From: an uncultured archaeon
GTDB taxonomy: Archaea > Iainarchaeota > Iainarchaeia > Iainarchaeales > DATDZZ01
Reading direction: 5' to 3'
Assembly: GCA_964373795.1 (NCBI GenBank)
Contig: CAYJVY010000008.1
Span: 32,908 to 64,907 of the forward strand
Length of the DNA: 32,000 bases
In this document: positions 24,408 through 32,000 of the stretch, in pieces
Position numbering within the stretch: position 1 is the stretch's first letter
Layout: each line of letters starts with the position of its first letter
Position numbers and translations under genes: made by a program
Notes under the pieces: model-generated
Seen by the model: only the letters and a program-made list of their open reading frames with translations
What the model was told of the DNA's origin: nothing
Databases searched by the model: none

Positions 24408-25385
24408 ATGAACAAATACTTCGTTATGCTTGCATTGATTTTTTTGCTTCAATCATTTGTGTTCTCAGAAGAAGTTAATATGGATGAATTAGACAAACAA
24501 TTATTTCCTTTTAAAGTAATTGATTTTAACGCTTCGAGTGAAGTAACTGCTTTAGTTGAAAAAACTATTGAAAAAGAGTTTTCTCCTGATTTTAAAATTG
24601 TGAAAATTGATTCTTTTAAGTTAAAGAAAAACTTTGACCCAAATCCAGAAATTTATTTACCTGAAATATATGATATGGATTTTTCTTTTGATGACAAAAA
24701 TATTTCAAACCAAGTTCTTGTAAAAGTTTGGCTTGAATCAACTAATCTTTCAAAATTTGGCTTAACATATTCTGGATATGTTTCATATAAAATTGATAAA
24801 GAAAAAATAATTGCATTTAATGATGTTGTAACAACTGATCAAAGCATTGGCAGTGATTTAACTCTTGATTCTGCAAAAAAATTAATTGAAAAGTTTGAAA
24901 ATAATTCTCAAGTAAAAGAGTTTCTTTCTCAGTTTCCAGATGCAAAACAAAAATATGCTTTAGTGGGTTATTACAATTTTTCCATGACTTCAAATGATGG
25001 ATATTATTCAATTCGTTTTTCTCCTTTCGCGGATAAAGTTGAATCTTTTTCCTTGCCATCACGTTTTGAAGCAAGTTTTCCTTTAATTAAAGAATTTAAA
25101 GAAGAAGTAAAGAAAAGAGGTTGCACTCTGGATGAAAGTACTGCTATAACTGTTTACTCTCCTGAGGATTGGCTGGAAGGACCTTCAGATGATATAACTA
25201 TTTCAGGGGAAGTTCAAGGAAATTGTGTAAAAGATTTTAATGATAGAATAGTTATTAAAAAACACGGTTTGAGTAGAATAATTATAATAATTGCCGCAAT
25301 TATTATTGAAACTTTTACCTTATTTGCAACAAGCATTAGATTTATCTTGAATTTGTTGGCTACTATAATTAAAATTTCACCATAA
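24408..25385 (+). CDS. Secreted / C-terminally anchored hypothetical protein
   Basis: 325-aa ORF. N-terminal signal-like YFVMLALIFLLQSFVFS. C-terminal hydrophobic IIIIIAAIIIETFTLFATSI. No recognised domain. Confidence 0.55.
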   Translation: MNKYFVMLALIFLLQSFVFSEEVNMDELDKQLFPFKVIDFNASSEVTALVEKTIEKEFSPDFKIVKIDSFKLKKNFDPNPEIYLPEIYDMDFSFDDKNISNQVLVKVWLESTNLSKFGLTYSGYVSYKIDKEKIIAFNDVVTTDQSIGSDLTLDSAKKLIEKFENNSQVKEFLSQFPDAKQKYALVGYYNFSMTSNDGYYSIRFSPFADKVESFSLPSRFEASFPLIKEFKEEVKKRGCTLDESTAITVYSPEDWLEGPSDDITISGEVQGNCVKDFNDRIVIKKHGLSRIIIIIAAIIIETFTLFATSIRFILNLLATIIKISP

Positions 25386-25829
25386 ATTATTTTTTGTTAA
25401 AAAGTTTTTAATATTGTACCAAAACAATTTATGATCAAATGCAAAATCAGTTTTATCTAATTGTTTTGCGTTCATCCATTCAGTTATTGTTTCATTAGTT
25501 GATTTGATGGTTTTCCCAACATTGTCTTTAATGCATAAAAATCCCACATCTATTACATGCCCTCTTGGATCTCTTAAAGGATTTGATCTAACGTCAATTA
25601 ATTGAAGATCTGTTAAATTTATTTTCACTCCAGTTTCTTCTCTTAATTCTCTTACTCCTGTTTGATATAAGTCTTCTTTGTCTACTTCCAAATACCCTCC
25701 TGGAAAAGCATGTTTTTCTTTAAAAGGCTCATTTTTTCTTTTAATTACTAGAAACTTTTTTTCTTTTCTTACATACAATGCAATAGTGGAAGCAACTGAA
25801 GGTTTTTTGAAATCTTTTTTGTAATCCAT
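25377..25829 (-). CDS. NUDIX hydrolase (ADP-ribose pyrophosphatase-like)
   Basis: 150-aa ORF. Nudix box GGYLEVDKEDLYQTGVRELREETGV. Its 3' end overlaps the convergent upstream gene by 9 nt. Confidence 0.8.
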   Translation of the reverse strand: MDYKKDFKKPSVASTIALYVRKEKKFLVIKRKNEPFKEKHAFPGGYLEVDKEDLYQTGVRELREETGVKINLTDLQLIDVRSNPLRDPRGHVIDVGFLCIKDNVGKTIKSTNETITEWMNAKQLDKTDFAFDHKLFWYNIKNFLTKNNLW

Positions 25830-25918
25830 TTTTTAAACCTGACAAATTAGGTTAGTTAAAGAATTTAATTCTTTTCAATTATCGATGAATTTAAATAATT
25901 GTTTTTCTTATTATTGTT

Positions 25919-26419
25919 ATGTCTAAAAATTCTGTAGGAAAAACTGGAAAGCCTAAAAGAAGACATAAACTAGCCGAAGAAAAGTTTTTTCATTTAGCTA
26001 AAGAGCTTTCAAAGCATGAAAAGCTTTCAAGAGTAAAATATTTTTTAACTCAGTTAATTCAAAAAAAAGAGTTTTTGGAAAAAATGATTAACTCTGTTTT
26101 TCCTGAAATAGCTCTTTCATCTATTTTAACTGATTTTACTGAATTGCTTGCGCTTCAAAAAAAATTAAATGAAAAAGAAAAAATTTCTTTAACTAAGGCA
26201 AGAGAGCAATTTTTCTTAGAATTAAAAAAAGAATTAGGAAATGTTTCAGTTGAAAAAGAAAAGCCTTCCTTAGAAGAATTAAAAGATTTCGCTGTCAGGC
26301 TTAAAAAACAAAGACTTAATTTAAAAAAATTAATTTTAGAGAAATGCGAGCCTGAATTGAATAGAGTGAATGAATTGATTATTGAGTTTAATGAAAAAGC
26401 AATTAAATTGCAAAGATAA
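25919..26419 (+). CDS. Hypothetical basic coiled-coil protein
   Basis: 166-aa ORF. Lys-rich N-terminus (GKTGKPKRRHK), heptad-like K/E/L sequence throughout. No motif recognised. Confidence 0.45.
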   Translation: MSKNSVGKTGKPKRRHKLAEEKFFHLAKELSKHEKLSRVKYFLTQLIQKKEFLEKMINSVFPEIALSSILTDFTELLALQKKLNEKEKISLTKAREQFFLELKKELGNVSVEKEKPSLEELKDFAVRLKKQRLNLKKLILEKCEPELNRVNELIIEFNEKAIKLQR

Positions 26420-26452
26420 TGTTTTTAATGACTTTAAGTGATTCAAATATCT

Positions 26453-26460
26453 TTAAATAA
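26453..26460 (+). promoter_or_regulatory. Candidate archaeal TATA box for tRNA-Arg (and possibly argS)
   Basis: TTTAAATA ends 24 nt upstream of the tRNA-Arg 5' end, the expected TATA-to-start spacing. Confidence 0.4.
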
Positions 26461-26484
26461 CTTGGTTTTATTAATTTTTTTAAA

Positions 26485-26559
<75 letters not shown>

Positions 26560-26574
26560 TTTTTGAGGGATTGA

Positions 26575-28440
26575 ATGAATTTCAAACAATCAATTGCAAA
26601 TGCTTTAGCAGAGATTTTAGGAAATGAAGTGTCATTTCAAGAAATTCTTGAATGGATTGAAGTTCCAAGAGATTCTTTGCATGGAGATTATTGTTTTCCT
26701 TGCCATAAATTAAGTAAGACATTGCAAAAATCTCCAATAGAGATTGCACAAATTATTTCCAAGCAATTAGAGTTTGATTCAAATGTAATTGAAAAAATTG
26801 AGGTTGCAGGGCCATTCATTAATTTTTTTGTAAACAAATCTGTCTTAACTAAAAAAACTTTAACTGAAATACTTGAAAAAGAAGATCTTTTTGGATCGAA
26901 TAATATTGGAAAAGGGAAAAAAATTGTAATAGAATTTTCCTCTCCTAATACTAACAAGCCTTTACATATAGGGCATGTGAGAAATAATTCTATTGGAGAT
27001 GCAATTGCAAATATTTGTAAAGCTCTTTCATTTGAAGTAATCAAATATTCCATTATTAATGATCGCGGAATTCATATTTGCAAGTCAATGCTTGCTTACA
27101 AGAAATGGGGTTTGAATAGAAATCCAAAAGAAGAAGGAATTAAATCAGATCATTTTGTTGGACAATTCTATGTTTTGTTTAATAAAAAATTGCAAGAAGA
27201 TTCTTCACTTGAATTAGAAGCTCAAAACTTGTTAAAGAAATGGGAGCAAGGAGATAGTGAAACAATTGCTTTATGGAATAAAATGAATTCATGGGTTTAC
27301 CAAGGATTTGAAAAAACTTATTTAGATTTCAAGGTTTCATTTGATGAATTTTTTTACGAGTCACAAATTTATAAACAAGGAAAAGAATTAATTGACGAAG
27401 GCTTAAGCAAAGGGGTTTTTCTTGAAAAAGACGGAGCAATTATTGCTCCTTTAAAAAAATTTAATTTGCCTGACAAGGTTTTGATTCGTTCAGATGGCAC
27501 TTCAATTTATGTTACTCAAGATATTTACTTGGCTAAACTAAAATTTGATAAATATGGTTTTGATCAAGCAATTTATGTTGTTGGCTCTGAACAAAATCTT
27601 TACTTTAAACAATTATTTTCTGTTTTAGAATTACTTGGATTTGAGTGGAGTAAAAAATTGCATCATTTAAGTTATGGAATGGTTTACCTGCCAAAAGGGA
27701 AAATGAAGTCAAGAGAAGGAACAGTTGTTGATGCAGATAACTTGTTAAATGAATTAATTTCTTTAGCTGTAGAAGAATTAAAGAAAAGATATTCTTTGAG
27801 TAATGAAGAATTGCTTCAAAAAAAGAAAGAATTAGAGAAAAGATTTAATGTAAACGAATTGAAATCTGAAACTGCAAAGGAAAAAATAAAAAAAGAGCTT
27901 TCATTAAAAGTTGAAGAATTAAAGGAATTCGGATTGCTTGGAAGAAAAGAATTTGAAAAAAGAGCTAAAGCAATTGCTTTAGCTGCAATAAAGTTTTACA
28001 TGCTAAAAATTGATGCAGTTAAAGATATTCATTTTAATCCAAAAGAATCTGTTTCATTTGAAGGAGAAACAGGGCCATATATTCAATACTCTTTTGCTAG
28101 AGCTAAATCAATTTTAAATAAATCTGAAATAAATGAAAAATCTTTAATGAAAGCAAATTTTTCTTTACTAAAAAATGAAAAAGAATTAGAATTAATTAAT
28201 TTGCTTTCAACCTACCCTGAAGTAATTAAAGACTCTTTTAATTCTTTGTCTCTTCACAAGTTATGTCATTATTTAATTGAGTTATCCTCTTTATTTAATT
28301 CGTTTTATCAAAGCGTTAGCGTATTAAATGCTGATTCAGAATCTTTAAGGAATGCCAGACTTGCTTTGGTTAAAGCTGTTTCAATTGAATTAAAAAATGG
28401 TTTAAGTATTCTTGGAATTGATGTTTTAGAGGAAATGTAG
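26575..28440 (+). CDS. argS: Arginyl-tRNA synthetase
   Basis: 621-aa ORF. Class I HIGH motif SSPNTNKPLHIGHVRN. KMSKS-equivalent GKMKSREGT. C-terminal DALR-type anticodon-binding helices. GAGGGA SD upstream. Confidence 0.9.
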   Translation: MNFKQSIANALAEILGNEVSFQEILEWIEVPRDSLHGDYCFPCHKLSKTLQKSPIEIAQIISKQLEFDSNVIEKIEVAGPFINFFVNKSVLTKKTLTEILEKEDLFGSNNIGKGKKIVIEFSSPNTNKPLHIGHVRNNSIGDAIANICKALSFEVIKYSIINDRGIHICKSMLAYKKWGLNRNPKEEGIKSDHFVGQFYVLFNKKLQEDSSLELEAQNLLKKWEQGDSETIALWNKMNSWVYQGFEKTYLDFKVSFDEFFYESQIYKQGKELIDEGLSKGVFLEKDGAIIAPLKKFNLPDKVLIRSDGTSIYVTQDIYLAKLKFDKYGFDQAIYVVGSEQNLYFKQLFSVLELLGFEWSKKLHHLSYGMVYLPKGKMKSREGTVVDADNLLNELISLAVEELKKRYSLSNEELLQKKKELEKRFNVNELKSETAKEKIKKELSLKVEELKEFGLLGRKEFEKRAKAIALAAIKFYMLKIDAVKDIHFNPKESVSFEGETGPYIQYSFARAKSILNKSEINEKSLMKANFSLLKNEKELELINLLSTYPEVIKDSFNSLSLHKLCHYLIELSSLFNSFYQSVSVLNADSESLRNARLALVKAVSIELKNGLSILGIDVLEEM

Positions 28441-28521
28441 GTTTTTTTTAACATGCTTTTATAGGTTTTCTTCAAGCAATATCATTAAAATAATTTTATA
28501 TACTATTCTTGTGTGCTTTGC

Positions 28522-30222
28522 ATGGCTGGAAATATTGATTATAAAAAGTGTTTACAAAAAATCTTTGATAAAATACTTAAACAAGGAAATACGCCTGATA
28601 AGGAATTAATTTCAAAGGCTTTTTGGTTTGCTGAAGGACATCACAGAGGACAAAAAAGAGCTTCAGGAGAACCTTACATTACTCACCCAATTGAAATGGC
28701 TTACAATTTAGCAGAGCATGGATTTGAAGGAGAAGTTATTGCTGCTGCTTTAATGCATGACTTAATTGAAGATACTGGTGTAACTTATAATCAAATAAAG
28801 AAATTGTTTGGAAAAAGAACTGCTGATTTAGTTGAAGGAGTAACTGATGTGGCTGAACTTGCGAGGAAAACAAAAGAAGAAGAATTGGCGTTGGTTTTGC
28901 AAAAAATTTTTTTAGTTGCAAAAAAAGACGTTAGAGTACTATTGGTTAAATTAGCTGATGTATTGCATAACATGAAAACAATTTCTTTTTTGCCTAAAGA
29001 AAGATCCTTAAAATATTCTCAAAAAGTTTTAGATGTTTATGCTCCTCTTGCACATAGACTTGGATTGCATTCCTTAAAATATACATTAGAGGATTTAGCT
29101 TTTCAATGCGTTAACCTGAAAGAATATAATGAAGTTAAAGAAATTCTTGTAAAGAGAAATAAAGAAAGAGAAAAAGAATACGAGTTAATAATTAAACTTC
29201 TTAAAAGAAAAGTTAAAGAGAAAAAAATTAATGCCGAGTTTTATATTTTTGAACGCCCAGTGCATAACAGTTTAGAGAAAGCGGGATATGTTAAAAAATC
29301 TGTTAAAGATTTAGAGGATTTAGCTTTTTTAATTGTTTTAGTTGACTCTGAAGATGATTGTTATAGAATGTTGGGTTTAATTCATAAAAACTATCCTCCA
29401 AAACCAAAAAAAATAAAAGATTTTATTGCAATTCCTAAAGGATTGTATCAATCTCTTCATACAAGTATTGTTGGTCCTAAAGGACATACTGTAAAGGTTT
29501 ACATTAGAACTCATGAAATGGAGGATATTAGAAATAGGGGGATTGTTCCATTAATTTTAAAGCATCCAAGTCAAAAATTTTCATTAAATGGAAAATTTGA
29601 ATGGCTTCACGGAATTCATAAATTGCATAAAGAGTTTTCTCTTTCAAAAGACTTTTTAGAAGCTTTGAAAAAAGATTACTTGGATGAAAGAATAATTGTT
29701 TACAATAAAGACGGAATTGGAATTGAGCTTCCAATTAATTCAACTTCTTTGGATTTTGTTTACTTAACTGATTTTAAAAAAGCTGATTATTGTATTAAAG
29801 CCAAGGTTAATGGAGTTTCAGTTCCTTTTTGGGAGAACCTTCAATCAGGAGATAAAATTGAATTAGAGTTTTCAAACCAACTTCAAGTTGATAATTCTTG
29901 GATTAACTATGTTCGATCGCCTAGATCAATTAAATTAATTGAAAAATCTTTAGAAGAAAATGAAAAAGGTTTGAAAAAAAAGTTTTTTTCAGTTAATCTT
30001 CAAATAAAAATTTTAAATGTGCCAGGAGTATTATACAAGATTTCAAAATTAATTGCAGATAAAAAAATTAATATTGTTACATTTAATTCTCTGGGAGAAC
30101 AACCCCATGCTAATTGTAATTTTACTTTAGCAATTCATGAAAAAGAACAATTAGACTCACTAATTAATGAAATTAAAGGAATTGAGGAAGTTTCAGGAAT
30201 TGATTATTTTGTAGTTGATTAA
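28522..30222 (+). CDS. Long RelA/SpoT homologue (HD hydrolase, degenerate synthetase, TGS and ACT domains)
   Basis: ATG at 28522 preferred over the GTG at 28513. HD-domain motifs HHRGQKRASGEPYITHP, MHDLIEDT, GVTDV, KLADVLHNMKT, YAPLAHRLGL. Synthetase region with YQSLHT and IRT but altered catalytic positions. TGS IIVYNKDGIGIELP...KVNGVSVPFWENLQSGDKIEL. ACT-like C-terminus. Confidence 0.85.
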   Translation: MAGNIDYKKCLQKIFDKILKQGNTPDKELISKAFWFAEGHHRGQKRASGEPYITHPIEMAYNLAEHGFEGEVIAAALMHDLIEDTGVTYNQIKKLFGKRTADLVEGVTDVAELARKTKEEELALVLQKIFLVAKKDVRVLLVKLADVLHNMKTISFLPKERSLKYSQKVLDVYAPLAHRLGLHSLKYTLEDLAFQCVNLKEYNEVKEILVKRNKEREKEYELIIKLLKRKVKEKKINAEFYIFERPVHNSLEKAGYVKKSVKDLEDLAFLIVLVDSEDDCYRMLGLIHKNYPPKPKKIKDFIAIPKGLYQSLHTSIVGPKGHTVKVYIRTHEMEDIRNRGIVPLILKHPSQKFSLNGKFEWLHGIHKLHKEFSLSKDFLEALKKDYLDERIIVYNKDGIGIELPINSTSLDFVYLTDFKKADYCIKAKVNGVSVPFWENLQSGDKIELEFSNQLQVDNSWINYVRSPRSIKLIEKSLEENEKGLKKKFFSVNLQIKILNVPGVLYKISKLIADKKINIVTFNSLGEQPHANCNFTLAIHEKEQLDSLINEIKGIEEVSGIDYFVVD

Positions 30223-31337
30223 AGATCAATTGGAACTTTGCATATCTGGCATTTTTCTAAAACTCTTTTTTTTGCAATTCTTAAAGCAGCTTTTCTTGGA
30301 GAACATTTTTGTTTTTCCATTTCTTTTAATATTAGTTTAGTGTTTTTAGTAATTTTTTCTTGAATCATTTTAAACATTTCTTGTTCTGTTCCTTCAATGA
30401 ATTCAATGTATGAAGAAATTACTCCCCCTGCATTTGCAACAAAATCAGGAATAACTAGAACTCCTTTGCTGTGCAATAATTTTTCAGTATGATGTTTCAT
30501 TGGAATATTTGATCCTTCGACAATTATTTTTGCTTTAATATTGTCAACATCTTTTACGTCAATTAAATTTGGAACAGCAGCTGTAATTAAAATATCTACA
30601 TTTAGTGAAAGAATTTCATGATTTGGAAGAATCTCTCCTGGCTTGTAATAAGTTACAGTCATTTTTTCTTTTTTTATTCGTGCCAGTTCTTCAAAATTTA
30701 ATCCATCTTTATTGAAAATAATTCCCCTTGAATCTGATACTGCAACTATTTTTGCTCCTGCTTCACTTAAATATTTTGCTGCAAACCAGCCAACGTTTCC
30801 AAATCCTTCAATTGCAATTGATGCATTTTTTAAATTCATTTTTTTATACTCGCATGCAACTTTTGTTGCATGAAATACTCCCCACCCAGTTGACCCTAAT
30901 TCGTGCGGCAATCCATTCAAGTCTTTTGGTTTTCCTGTAACAGATTTTAGTGAACCATTTGTTTTAGCTATTATCCTCATTTCGTCTTCTCCCATATTCA
31001 TATCTGGAGCCGCCACATATAATTCTGGAGAAATTATTTTTATTGCTTCAGCAAAATCTCTTACAATTGATTCTTTTACTTCTTTTGATATTTTTTTGTC
31101 ATCAGCAATTATTCCTGCTTTTGCTCCTCCAAAAGGTAATTCAGCTAAAGCACATTTCCAAGTCATTGTTCTAGCCAATTCAAATACTTCATCTAATGAA
31201 ACAGTTGGAGTCATTCTAATCCCTCCTTTTCCAGGCCCTAAAGCAGTGTTATCTATTACTACAAATCCACGCATTCCACTTTTCGGAGAATAAACTTGAA
31301 TAATTTTTTCAGGTCCAAATTCATCAAATTCAACCAT
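30219..31337 (-). CDS. Glu/Leu/Phe/Val-family amino-acid dehydrogenase (short, ~370-aa form)
   Basis: 372-aa ORF. GPGKGGIRM and catalytic-Lys motif ELPFGGAKAGI. Rossmann motif IEGFGNVGWFAAKYL. Substrate specificity cannot be assigned from sequence. Confidence 0.8.
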   Translation of the reverse strand: MVEFDEFGPEKIIQVYSPKSGMRGFVVIDNTALGPGKGGIRMTPTVSLDEVFELARTMTWKCALAELPFGGAKAGIIADDKKISKEVKESIVRDFAEAIKIISPELYVAAPDMNMGEDEMRIIAKTNGSLKSVTGKPKDLNGLPHELGSTGWGVFHATKVACEYKKMNLKNASIAIEGFGNVGWFAAKYLSEAGAKIVAVSDSRGIIFNKDGLNFEELARIKKEKMTVTYYKPGEILPNHEILSLNVDILITAAVPNLIDVKDVDNIKAKIIVEGSNIPMKHHTEKLLHSKGVLVIPDFVANAGGVISSYIEFIEGTEQEMFKMIQEKITKNTKLILKEMEKQKCSPRKAALRIAKKRVLEKCQICKVPIDL

Positions 31338-31386
31338 TTTTAAAACCTCTAATCATTTAAGGCTTAAATTAATTTAAAAAGTTTAC

Positions 31387-32000
31387 TTAAAATAAAAATG
31401 AAATCAATAAAGCTAATAAAATCATGTTTCCAAAATCTGCTATTGAAGTGGTAATTGGAATAAGTAAATTATTTGGATCTTCTTGTTTTTTATAAAAATA
31501 CATTCCTGCAATAATTGAAACTATAAACAAAATTGGAACCAACATTGTTACGGACAACGTGCTGATTAAAATTATTTTAGCTGCACTAATTAACGTTAAA
31601 TTATAATTTGCCATGATTGAAATAATTAAAGCCATTATAGAGCTAATTAAGTTAACTAAAATTGCAATTAAAAATATTTGAAAAAATAGTTTTTTTAATT
31701 CTGGGCTTTTAAATAAGTTATTAGGTTTTATTTTTCCTTCTAAAAGCATTGTTGAAAACCTTGAAGAAATTATTATCCCATAATCTCCTATTAAAGTGTT
31801 TAGAATTGGAATTAAAATTATTAAAGGAATTAGTGATACAAACAGTATCTTAGTTTGTTCTAATGCAAGTCCTCCAATAGAACTAATTATTGATGCAAAA
31901 AAAAGAATTAGAATGCTTTCTTTGATTATTGTTAAAGCAACATGCGAATGAGGGCCATATTCTTTTACATAAAATAGTGTTTTTTTGGAGAATTTATGTT
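31387..32000 (-). CDS. MgtE-like divalent-cation transporter membrane domain protein (5' end beyond window)
   Basis: The track starts this ORF at Met 31749. My hand translation shows the same frame open upstream to the window edge (...GGLALEQTKILFVSLIPLIILIPILNTLIGDYGIIISSRFSTMLLEG...). That stretch and the C-terminal DPNNLLIPITTSIADFGNMILLAL match the two conserved MgtE/SLC41-type motifs. The gene is therefore partial. Confidence 0.65.
   Translation of the reverse strand, partial: HKFSKKTLFYVKEYGPHSHVALTIIKESILILFFASIISSIGGLALEQTKILFVSLIPLIILIPILNTLIGDYGIIISSRFSTMLLEGKIKPNNLFKSPELKKLFFQIFLIAILVNLISSIMALIISIMANYNLTLISAAKIILISTLSVTMLVPILFIVSIIAGMYFYKKQEDPNNLLIPITTSIADFGNMILLALLISFLF

Overview
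The window is very AT-rich (roughly 30% G+C by eye) and densely packed. It looks archaeal, most consistent with a small-genome DPANN-type archaeon. Evidence: ribosomal protein L44e/eL42, an intron-containing tRNA with anticodon-intron pairing, Lys/Glu/Asn-rich proteins and GGAGG/GTGAT-type ribosome-binding sites. I support about 30 protein genes and 5 tRNA genes, folded by hand: Ser-CGA with a large intron, Ser-UGA, Ser-GGA, Leu with an apparent AAG anticodon, and Arg-UCU. Recognisable genes: ATPase-less Lon-like peptidase, threonine synthase, HtpX, a hinge-less SMC-like ATPase, L44e, M50 site-2 protease with CBS domains, a 1051-aa HerA/DUF87-type ATPase, tyrosine integrase, AlbA_2/HATPase_c_4 protein, DEAD-box helicase, FKBP PPIase, HIT, YbaK-type deacylase, two NUDIX hydrolases (one MTH1-like), ArgRS, a long RelA/SpoT homologue, a Glu/Leu/Phe/Val-family dehydrogenase and a partial MgtE-like transporter. 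Most interesting observations: (1) a ~124-nt GC-rich, internally repetitive intron in tRNA-Ser(CGA). (2) Nested direct repeats around 16.5-23.8 kb that bracket an integrase-containing segment: a tRNA-Ser 3' flank conserved as well as the tRNAs, and a split copy of the tRNA-Leu 5' flank. (3) A tight minus-strand four-gene operon (giant HerA-like ATPase, two small ORFs, S2P-CBS protease) in which two proteins share a UBA-like motif. (4) An SMC-headed protein with a Rad50-style CxxC hook at its exact midpoint. (5) A 3 x 12-nt tandem repeat that also reads as an ATGA-coupled (MRRK)x3 micro-ORF. (6) A long RSH with an intact hydrolase but a degenerate synthetase. No CRISPR array, rRNA, reverse transcriptase or transposase was seen. 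All coordinates and folds are manual and need tool confirmation.
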